From an uncultured Candidatus Binatia bacterium (GTDB lineage Bacteria; Desulfobacterota; Binatia; UBA9968; JAJDTQ01), in the NCBI GenBank assembly GCA_965242525.1, contig OZ251459.1, positions 2,304,001 to 2,368,000 of the forward strand: a stretch of DNA of 64,000 bases, given 5' to 3'. The notes beneath the pieces were generated by a model. It had not been told where the DNA came from, did not search any database, and saw only the letters and a list, made by a program, of their open reading frames with translations. The translations under genes were made by a program, and so were the position numbers. Shown here piece by piece: positions 20,370 through 28,900 of the stretch (its first letter is position 1; every line of letters begins with the position of its first letter).

Positions 20370-20462
20370 CAAAGCCGCGGTCGCAGACATGCGCCATGGT
20401 CGATTGCGGGTAACTCAAAACCAGACTTTCAATTACCCGAACGAAAGGGTAGGATTCCCGGC

Positions 20463-21647
20463 ATGACCGTCGAACGCGACTTGGCTCCCCGAATCAGGAA
20501 GGCGGCGCAGAGTTCCCCGGCCGTCACCCTCACCGGACCGCGGCAGAGCGGCAAGTCCACCCTCTGCCGCACCCTGTTCCCGCGGCGCCGCTACCTTTCC
20601 CTCGAAGCCTTGGACGTGCGCCGGTTCGCCCAGGAGGACCCCCGCGCCTTCCTTGCCGAGCTTCCCGACGGCGCCGTCATCGACGAGGTGCACCGCGCGC
20701 CGGACCTGCCCTCCTACCTGCAAGGCGTCATCGACGACGACCCGGCGCCCGGGCGCTGGATCCTGACGGGTTCGCAGAACCTTGCCCTGCTCGCGTCCGT
20801 CAGCCAGTCCCTCGCGGGCCGCACCTCGATGCACCACCTGCTGCCCCTGACGCGGGGCGAGACGGTGCGCTTCCCGGAGCACCCCAAGACCCTGGAGGAG
20901 ACCCTGCTCACCGGAGGCTACCCGCGCATACTCGACCGCGGCCTCGACCCCGCGGACTGGCTCGGCGCATACACGACCACCTACGTGGAGCGCGACGTGC
21001 GCGCCGTTGCCAACGTCGGCGACCTGACCGCGTTCCAGCGCTTCGTGGAACTGTGCGCCGGCCGCACCGCACAGTTGCTGAACTACTCGTCCCTGGCGAA
21101 CGACTGCGCCATCTCGCAACCCACCGCCAGGAAGTGGCTCAGCATCCTGGAGACCAGCTACCTGGTGTTCCGGCTGCCGCCGTTCCACGCCAACCTCCCC
21201 CGACGACTGGTGCGGATGCCCAAGCTCCACTTCTACGACACCGGCCTCGTCTGCTGGCTCCTGGGCATCCGCACACCGGAACAGTTGCGCTCGCACCCGC
21301 TGCGCGGCGCCATCTTCGAGACCTGGGTCGTGTCCGAGGTCGTCAAGCACCGCCTGAACCGGGACGAACCCCGCGGCTGCTCGTTCTACCGCAACCACGA
21401 CGGCGCGGAGTCCGACCTCCTGATCGAGCAACCCACCGGCGTCACCCTGGTGGAAGCCAAGTCCGGCGCCACCGCGTCCGCCCACCTGTTCGACGGCGGC
21501 AAGCGGGTAAAGCGGCACCTGGCCGGAACCGTGGGCCGTTGCGAGTTGGTCGTGGCCTACGGCGGCGACCAGGCGCAGTCCCGCTCCGACGGAAAACTGC
21601 TCCCTTGGGCGCAACTGCACGAGAGCGACGCGTGGATGGGCGGGTAG
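20463..21647 (+). CDS. AAA_14 ATPase with C-terminal DUF4143
   Basis: GPRQSGKST, IDEVH, LTGSQ, SLAGR, GGYP, KLHFYDTGL, GAIFE, ESDLL...VEAK. Confidence 0.9.
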   Translation: MTVERDLAPRIRKAAQSSPAVTLTGPRQSGKSTLCRTLFPRRRYLSLEALDVRRFAQEDPRAFLAELPDGAVIDEVHRAPDLPSYLQGVIDDDPAPGRWILTGSQNLALLASVSQSLAGRTSMHHLLPLTRGETVRFPEHPKTLEETLLTGGYPRILDRGLDPADWLGAYTTTYVERDVRAVANVGDLTAFQRFVELCAGRTAQLLNYSSLANDCAISQPTARKWLSILETSYLVFRLPPFHANLPRRLVRMPKLHFYDTGLVCWLLGIRTPEQLRSHPLRGAIFETWVVSEVVKHRLNRDEPRGCSFYRNHDGAESDLLIEQPTGVTLVEAKSGATASAHLFDGGKRVKRHLAGTVGRCELVVAYGGDQAQSRSDGKLLPWAQLHESDAWMGG

Positions 21648-21722
21648 GGGGAACCGGAGCGGAAGAATCGGAAACGCCCTTGTTGGTCAGGTAGTCATGC
21701 GCGAGACATGCGAGAAAAGGAA

Positions 21723-21785
21723 GGCTCTTCCGGCTTTCGTATGGGTAAGGTAGAAAAGGAAGGGGTAGGATCATCCCGGGACAGG
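21723..21785 (+). mobile_element. Isolated ISL3-type left end
   Basis: GGCTCTTCCGGCTTTCGTATGGGTAAGG is a 24/28 inverted match to 25229-25256 and is similar over ~60 bp to the left end at 24572. Confidence 0.65.
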
Positions 21786-21817
21786 ACGCCATTGACACAG
21801 ACGCCGTTGACGCCTAT

Positions 21818-22162
21818 ATGTGGACCCATTGGCAAACAGTCGTCGAGACACCCGAATATCTTGCAGCAGCCAAGGGTGTACTGTCCGACGCCGAACGGAT
21901 CAAGGTCGTCGATACGGTAGCCGCAAACCCCAAGGCGGGCGTCTCGCTCGGCGGCGGCATACGCAAGATGCGGAGCGCCCGTCAGGGACGCGGCAAAAGC
22001 GGAGGGGCTCGTGTGGTATTCTTGTTCGCCGGCGAGAACCTCCCTGTGTTTTTGCTCACCGTCTTCGCCAAGAACGAGAAAGCGGATCTCAGCCCCAGGG
22101 AGCGAGCCGCATTGATCGCTGTCGCAAAGCGAATAGCCGAAGGTTACGGGAGGCCCACATGA
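21818..22162 (+). CDS. Type II TA toxin, RelE/HigB-2 family
   Basis: VVETPEY, GGIRKMR, GRGKSGGARVV, FLLTVFAKNEKADLS; ATGA overlap with the HTH gene. Confidence 0.88.
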   Translation: MWTHWQTVVETPEYLAAAKGVLSDAERIKVVDTVAANPKAGVSLGGGIRKMRSARQGRGKSGGARVVFLFAGENLPVFLLTVFAKNEKADLSPRERAALIAVAKRIAEGYGRPT

Positions 22163-22485
22163 GCAAGGCTTTCAGGAAGGTCATGGCCGGGCTGGATGAT
22201 GCACGCGCGTACCTGGACGGCCAACGGGACGGTTTTGTCGTGCATGAAGTTGCGGCGCCCGAGTTACCGGAACCCGATGTCGCCACCATACGCGGGAAGA
22301 CGGGCCTTTCGCAGCCCAACTTTGCCAAGAGTATCGGGGTATCCCTCGGCACGCTCAAGAATTGGGAACAGGGCCGCCGTCGTCCCGAAGGACCGGCGCG
22401 GGTCCTGCTGGCTCTGCTGGCCAAGCGGCCCTCCATCGTGCAAGAAGAACTCGTCCATTCAGGGTCTCCACGCGCTGACGTATGA
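22159..22485 (+). CDS. HTH-XRE antitoxin (HigA-2-like)
   Basis: MSKAFRKVMAGL...IRGKTGLSQPNFAKSIGVSLGTLKNWEQGRRRPEGPARVLL. Confidence 0.88.
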   Translation: MSKAFRKVMAGLDDARAYLDGQRDGFVVHEVAAPELPEPDVATIRGKTGLSQPNFAKSIGVSLGTLKNWEQGRRRPEGPARVLLALLAKRPSIVQEELVHSGSPRADV

Positions 22486-22510
22486 AGGTGTGCTGCTCTA
22501 CCGGGAAAGC

Positions 22511-22585
22511 TTCAATCGCGAAAAGGTCTATATTCGTCACGTACTTACATACGAAGCATACGACAGGGGAGGATGGACGACATGA
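22511..22585 (+). pseudogene. C-terminal remnant of a HigB toxin
   Basis: FNREKVYIRHVLTYEAYDRGGW* resembles the typical HigB C-terminus and overlaps the higA start (ATGA); the N-terminal part is absent. Confidence 0.7.
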
Positions 22586-22980
22586 GCGTCATCACCGAAG
22601 AACTTCGACAATCCTGGACGCAGGTCAGTCCTTTGCTCGAAATCCGCAGCGAGCGCGACTACGATGCGGCCATTGACCGCCTCAACATCCTCATCGACGA
22701 AGTGGGCGCCGATGAGGGCCATCCCCTCTACTCCCTGCTGGACACCCTGGGGACCGTCATCCACGCGTGGGAGGAACGGCACCACCCCATACCCGCGGTC
22801 AGTGGCGCGGACCTACTACGATTCTTGATGGAAGAACACGACCTGACCGTGTCGGATCTCCCGGAGATCGGTTCTCCCAGCGCGGTAACGGAGATTCTGA
22901 ACGAAGCCCGGGAACTGGACGCCGGGCAGATACGCGCTTTGGCCAAGCGTTTCGGCGTCTCGCCATCGGCGTTTCTGTAG
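22582..22980 (+). CDS. HigA-type antitoxin / HTH regulator
   Basis: IRSERDYDAAI...LLDTLGTVIHAWE...LLRFLMEEHDL...EIG...EILN...RELDAGQIRALAKRFGVSP. Confidence 0.85.
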   Translation: MSVITEELRQSWTQVSPLLEIRSERDYDAAIDRLNILIDEVGADEGHPLYSLLDTLGTVIHAWEERHHPIPAVSGADLLRFLMEEHDLTVSDLPEIGSPSAVTEILNEARELDAGQIRALAKRFGVSPSAFL

Positions 22981-23206
22981 GCCGGTGGCCGGGTTGCCGT
23001 CCGTTCCCGGTTGTCACGCTGGTGGAGTCTGTCCTTGGTCCGTTACCGCTGACAGCCTCCTGTATGGGCAATGTGGACTGTCGCTATAGTGTTTCCTGCC
23101 GATGACGGCGCATTCCCTTCACTTGGCTGCCGGGAACGCGCCTACGTATTCGGCCTTGTCCCCCGACGCATAAGACACACTCCCTCCAACAGTCCCCTGT
23201 CCCTAC

Positions 23207-23236
23207 GCGGTCCACCAGCCGAAGCTGGTGGACCGC
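23207..23236 (-). terminator. Perfect 13-bp stem-loop after the lipoprotein gene
   Basis: Minus strand GCGGTCCACCAGC-TTCG-GCTGGTGGACCGC, 15 nt past the stop codon; no U-tract. Confidence 0.55.
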
Positions 23237-23251
23237 CTATTGTATATTGGA

Positions 23252-24313
23252 CTACTGCCGTTCGGCAACATAGGCTCCAACGAAGTTGGCAGTGTCCGTA
23301 CCTTGGTAGAGTCCTGCCAGGGTGCCGCCGATCAGTTGCGCGTCTTCCGAGAACTTTCCAGCGAAGCCCCCGATACTCCGCCCGTTGAATCGCAGGTTAC
23401 CAGCCCCTGAGAGGAACCCGCCGGAATGGCTCGTTGGAGCGACTTCAACCCGAATAGGGTTAACAGGCGGTTGCCATTGACCGCCAACGTGAGCCGTTCC
23501 ACCCGAAGCGAAGGTTACCAGCGCCTTCACCCTGTCCACGGACCAGGAACCAGACACATTGCTACCCGTCGCTGTCAGGTCAACCATTCCCTGCCAAGCT
23601 CCGACCTGCCAAGAACCACGCAACCCCGGCGCAGTCAACAGACCTCCGTTCAGGTTGGCGCTGTAACCCCCTGCCGCCGGACCTCGATACCGACCAGCAA
23701 CGGAAGCTGATGGCGGGGAATCGAAGCGCGTACCTCCGTCAAAGAACGCCCCGATGTCGAGGCGACCGGAGGGTGCCAAGTGCGCGTAGTAGCCTCCGGT
23801 GAGAGTGGCGTCACCGGAATTTGCCCAAGCGCCGTAAACGTCCGCTATGTATCGCTCTTGCACACTGCCGACCGTGAACCCTTTCAGTCGATACCCTGTA
23901 GGCACAGAACCGTAATCCGCCGGTCCCGCCAAGGTATCGGTTGCAGTACTGATCCTCCACGTGTGCCCGTCCCTGCCGTCCATCCTGATCCGCAACTGCC
24001 CATTGCTATCGCTCTCAAGTGTGGGCGCATAGAATTGACCCTGCAGGGAATGGACAACACTTCCCTCTACGGGCTGCGTAGTTACTCGCCGAGAAGTCGA
24101 AGCCCGGAAATCCGTGCCCAAGGACTCCACGACTTGCACTGAAGTCGGTTGGGGAGTCGGGGGCTGCACGGGGGTCGGTGTATTCGGTTGTACTCCGACA
24201 GAACTACCCTTCGAGCCACCACCGCATCCCGCGACCAAGGCCACTACCAACGCGGCCGACAATGCCGCCGCCAGCACCCTACCACTCGCCTTCAAGGCAA
24301 CCAAACTTCTCAT
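23252..24313 (-). CDS. Putative surface lipoprotein with a TbpB-like beta-barrel C-terminus
   Basis: Lipobox LVAG-C, Gly/Pro/Thr linker, beta-rich body ending FAGKFS...IGGTL...FVGAYVAERQ; lower GC. Confidence 0.65.
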   Translation of the reverse strand: MRSLVALKASGRVLAAALSAALVVALVAGCGGGSKGSSVGVQPNTPTPVQPPTPQPTSVQVVESLGTDFRASTSRRVTTQPVEGSVVHSLQGQFYAPTLESDSNGQLRIRMDGRDGHTWRISTATDTLAGPADYGSVPTGYRLKGFTVGSVQERYIADVYGAWANSGDATLTGGYYAHLAPSGRLDIGAFFDGGTRFDSPPSASVAGRYRGPAAGGYSANLNGGLLTAPGLRGSWQVGAWQGMVDLTATGSNVSGSWSVDRVKALVTFASGGTAHVGGQWQPPVNPIRVEVAPTSHSGGFLSGAGNLRFNGRSIGGFAGKFSEDAQLIGGTLAGLYQGTDTANFVGAYVAERQ

Positions 24314-24571
24314 ACCCCTTCTCCCTTCATCATTCGGAGGTTGGCTGATCCGCCTACTCCTGGACAGTAATCGGCTCAACCCGGCAGGATTGCCGGGCCT
24401 TTGCGATCATCGCCACGAAGGTAGAGATGGTTCCGTGTATTCACCCAGGCTCAGGGAGCTACCCTTTGCCAGAAATCGGGCTCTTGTATTCGACGGAAGG
24501 CCCGACACGCGGACCTTCGCGGGATGATCGCAAGGGCAACTCTAGGAAATTTGCCGATGCCTTGTCAAGGG

Positions 24572-25256
24572 GACCCTTCCGGCTTTCGTGTGGGAAGGTA
24601 GGAGAGGGAGGGGTTAAGACACGGTAGAGGGACAGGCAAGGGAGGGATGCGAGACCGGGAGTTGTACGCCAGGATACTGGGGATCGAGGCGCCGGGGCGA
24701 ATGGAGGGCTGGGGTGGACTGGGTGATGCGTAGAGGGGCGGAGCGGGGCTTGGAGCGGTGGCAGGAACAGCGGAAGCTGCCGGGAGAGGGGGCGCAAGGG
24801 CTGAAGGGCAGCCGCTACCTGTGGCTGAAGAACCCCCGACACATGGACTGGCGGCGATGGAAAGAGTTCGCGGTGCTGCGGGACAGCGCGCTACAGACCG
24901 CCCGGGCCTGGGGCTACAAGGAGCACGCCATGACCCTGTGGGACTACCGCAGTCGCGCCTGGGCGTGGAAGGCCTGGGTTCGCTCGGCCATCCGTTGCCG
25001 CCTGGAACCGGTCAAGCGTGTGGCCCGCATGGTTCGGAAGCACCTGGAAGGCATCCTCACTGCGGTGGTCCAGCGAGTGACCAACGCCCGGGCTGAAGGG
25101 ATCAACTCCGGTATCCAGTGAGTGAAGTACCGCGCCCGCGGCTACCGCAACCGCCAACGCTTCCGGGACGCCATCTACTTCCACTTCGATGGCCTGGATG
25201 TCTACCCCGATGGCCTCGCTCGAAGACTCCTTACCCACACGAATTCCTGAAGAGCC
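24572..25256 (+). mobile_element. Internally deleted ISL3-family insertion sequence (transposase pseudogene)
   Basis: N-terminus MRDRELYARILGIEAP (24647) joined to C-terminal LKGSRYLWLKNP...TNARAEGINSGIQ*VKYRARGYRN...AIYFH with an in-frame TGA at 25119; terminal IRs at 24572 and 25229-25256. Confidence 0.88.
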
Positions 25257-25282
25257 AGTAATTCTTGACCCATCAGGCCACG

Positions 25283-25561
25283 TCAGTCCGCCACAAGGTG
25301 GATTTCCACCTTCATGCCGATTGCCGCAGCATAGCGTTCCAGAGTCCTCAGGGAGGGCTTATGTCCGCTTTCCAGGCGCGCAACCGTCGGCTGGCTTGCA
25401 CCCATCCGCACGGCCACCTCGCTCTGACTCATTCCTGCATTCGTTCGAGCCTTGATGAGCTCCCGTGCAAGCATGAATTCAGGGTCAAGGGCCTCGAGCT
25501 CCCTACGAAATTGAGGGTCTCTATTCCACTTCTTTCGAAGGTCATCATAAGAAAGCGTCAT
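25283..25561 (-). CDS. HTH-XRE antitoxin
   Basis: LARELIKARTNAGMSQSEVAVRMGASQPTVARLESG. Confidence 0.88.
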   Translation of the reverse strand: MTLSYDDLRKKWNRDPQFRRELEALDPEFMLARELIKARTNAGMSQSEVAVRMGASQPTVARLESGHKPSLRTLERYAAAIGMKVEIHLVAD

Positions 25562-25884
25562 GATTTCAACTCCTCCATTCTGGACAGCGCCGTTCGGATA
25601 GCCGCCTTCGGAGTCCTTCGGGTCTTCTTGCGGAAAACGTGCAAAATGACAACACGCCGGTACGTCTCTGTCACGTAGATGGCGCGAGCAATCCCGTCTC
25701 GTCCTTTCATCCGCATCTCCCAGAGTTTGTCCTGGATCGGTTTGACGTAAGGTTCGCGAACATGATGTGGGCCGAATTCCTCGATAAGCTGCACGATGTG
25801 GTCGAATTTGGCTCTCATGTCGGCCGGAAGGGAATCAAGTTCTTCCGCCACCGTCTGGCTTAAGATCTCGACTTGCCACTTCAT
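25558..25884 (-). CDS. Type II TA toxin, RelE/ParE (Gp49/DUF891-like)
   Basis: EPYVKPIQDKLWEMRMKGRDGIARAIY, VILHVFRKKTRRTP; ATGA overlap with the antitoxin. Confidence 0.88.
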   Translation of the reverse strand: MKWQVEILSQTVAEELDSLPADMRAKFDHIVQLIEEFGPHHVREPYVKPIQDKLWEMRMKGRDGIARAIYVTETYRRVVILHVFRKKTRRTPKAAIRTALSRMEELKS

Positions 25885-25909
25885 GATCGACAGCTTGAGG
25901 AACCGCCAT

Positions 25910-28900
25910 CTACCCGTCGACATCCGCCGCGAGCTTACGCTCAAGACGATGTGCTTCCGGGACTCCAATTGCGACCAACTCAGAAAGTATCTTATGGATT
26001 CTGGCTGTCGCCAACTGGTCCTCTGCGACAATAGTCGGCCTGCGTTCGCAAATAGCTTCAATCAGAGCGCAAACCCGGCGTCCGATGTTGTAATCGATCC
26101 AGAATAGAGCATTATCGCGTTGATTCGCTAGCCACGAATCTGTTGCTGCTAGAATGAAATGGAGATATGCTGCTTTCGGACAAAGCTCGATTAAATCGAG
26201 CATGAGCCTAGCAACAAACAGACAAGGTGCACCCAGTGTCAATTGCTCCAAGATTGGCCCCAATGGTTCAAGTCGATCTATATTGGCCGACGAAACGGAA
26301 CAGTGAGTTGATCCCGCAAGTGGATCGTAACGATGCAAGAAGAATGCCGCAATCGCTCCTGCCAAAGCATACCCTCCTATAGTCTCGGATCTCTCTTGGC
26401 GAAGGAGACGCCATCCCATACACTTTGTAAGACGATCTGCAAAAACTGTGCGAAGACGAACCGCCTGTGTAGCTTCCAGAGCACCGTTGTCGATGTATAT
26501 CGCATCGACGTTCCTAAGAACGCAGGTAACTACTTCGTAAAAAGGGTAGTCGAGCAACGAAATGATCGGTGTCAATACAAGTTTATCTATTTTGTCACGG
26601 TCCATGTCAGAGATACAACGAGCCAGAAGACCGAAGTAGGCCTCGTTCCATGCCATAAGGTGGCTCAAAGGACTACCAGGCACCCATCCGGAAGCGTTCG
26701 CCAAGGCCGTCCACTCAGAATAATGCCTTACTACTCCGCACAGCCATGGCCTGCTAGAAACGTCAAAAAGACCTGACACAGTCTTAAGCCACCGCGCTGC
26801 TGAATAATGATCCACGTATTCGATAGCTCGCGACAAAGCTTCGAGTGGCTCCAAAGGGATATTCGTGGGCGTTGAGTCAGGCGCGGGAAACCTTGGCCAC
26901 GGAGGCTCAATGTCCTCGCCACCAAGCCATGCTAACTCGGCATCTAATGTAGATCGCAATTGTCGCAAACGTTCTTCCTCTTGGGAAGCCCGCTTTTCTT
27001 CGGTTTGGACACCTCTCTGAGCTGGCCGAATACAGGTGGCGAAGGCAAGTCGCAATCCCGCGCGCAGTAGCCGTTCGTCAATGGCTGCTAGATGTGAGGA
27101 CGTGGCGTTGAAGGCTGATGCAACGCAATCATCAAACGAAACGATCAGATCGAGAAGGGCTTTGACCTCATCCAACACCATCGGGCGTCGGAGTAAGTAT
27201 GCAAATCCGGCAAACACCATAGCAACCGGAATGGATCCGATCCTAGGCCGTACCCCAAGGTAGAAATGGGCTTCGTCACGCAACGTCTTCTTGAAGACAC
27301 TGCGTGCCCACTCTCCGTACCGAAGAATTAAATTTGGATCTCCATCTCGGACAACAACCAGTGCCGCGGCGACTATCGTCTGTCGAGGCCACCACTTTCC
27401 ATCGTCTCGATCCTGGAAGTCCATTTCGGCACGTTGAGCCCACTCCGCGGCAGCCTTCGCCAATTCTATCGAAGAACGAGACGGATCATCGAGGGCCTCT
27501 AGTATCTTGACTTGCAGTGTAGCTTCGATCACTTTATCTTGGAATTTTTCCCGCAACGCCTTGAGATGCCGTGCTTCCTTCGGTGGGGACACATACCGGT
27601 AAACGTCACCCAGGTTTGGATCCGAATCCTTTTGCCAGTTCTCTGAATCCAGCCGGTTAAGTGCATGAGATACCATGAACGCAGGGTCGCTAAAATCTGA
27701 CTGTTCTTCATACGGACTCAGCTGCTCTGCCGCTTCACCTAGGAGACGCGTGATTTTGTCTCGTGATTCTTGCGGTCCGACGAGTGCATATTGCCTTAGA
27801 AGATCAACGAGCGATGCTCTCCTGGAAGGACGCTCCTTCAGACTATTCAAAATGCTTGTCGAGACGCCAAGGTCCTCTTCCAGAACTGAAATCAAGACAT
27901 AATCCGAACTCCTGCAATCGCGCTCAGGGCGCTGGTAATCAAGACACAAGAGTTCCGGACATCCCACGAACGGTTCAGCCGCCGCCCGCGACTCGGGCCA
28001 GTGGGAAATAAGGATATCCACCGCAAGCAATAAATATGCAGCCGGATTTTCAGTTGCTTCGAATAGCTCCGAAAGTATCTTCTCGACGGGTTCTCCAGAC
28101 TCTACTCTTTGATGAGACCATACTTCCAGCGCGATGAGAGCAGCGGTAACACACGGATGGCCAGGTCCCCAGTCACGCGACCATTCATAAGAGGTCAACC
28201 ATGGGAAAACTCGAGTGTTCCCGTCCAGGGAAACGACAATTTGATCTCTATCCTGTGGTCGGTTGGTAAAATGAAATAGAATACTATGATCGACGACGCG
28301 GCGGATAAGCTGCCGGCCAATCTCCGGGTTGCTTACAAGAATATTCAGAAACAAACTTGGAGCCGGATAGGGATCCATAAACTCGTCTCCGACCAATCCC
28401 CAGGGTCTCACCGTGTCACGTTGATCCAATGGTCGATCTGGCATAAGGACAGTCATAGTTAATTCAGCCAGTTCCTTAGGCGCCGCCTGAGCCAATGGTT
28501 TGCTAAACTTAAAAATACGGGAAACAGAACCGTGCCGATCTCGGTGATCCGGAACCGATCGCAGATATCTTGCGGCTAGATACGGAGCCCTGTGGCAGAA
28601 GCATAGGAAAAAATCACGAAGAGTGCTTTCCAGGCGGTTGACCTGTTCGTGTTCCAACTCTCCGTTGAATAGCTCAGGGAATCTGAATAGCTTGCGCATT
28701 CGTTGAAGATCTTTGATATTGTAGCTGGTGGCAGGTTGGTTACGAGCCGCTTCGATTTCACTCAACCATCCATACACGCGCTTCAATATGTCAGGAGTGA
28801 ACCGGTCGATTCCCAAACTCCCTCTCGACCACCCTACATAAAGGTCAACTACTCGGGGAATCGCTAAGATGGGAAGATCTTCATCGTAGCTCAACAACCA

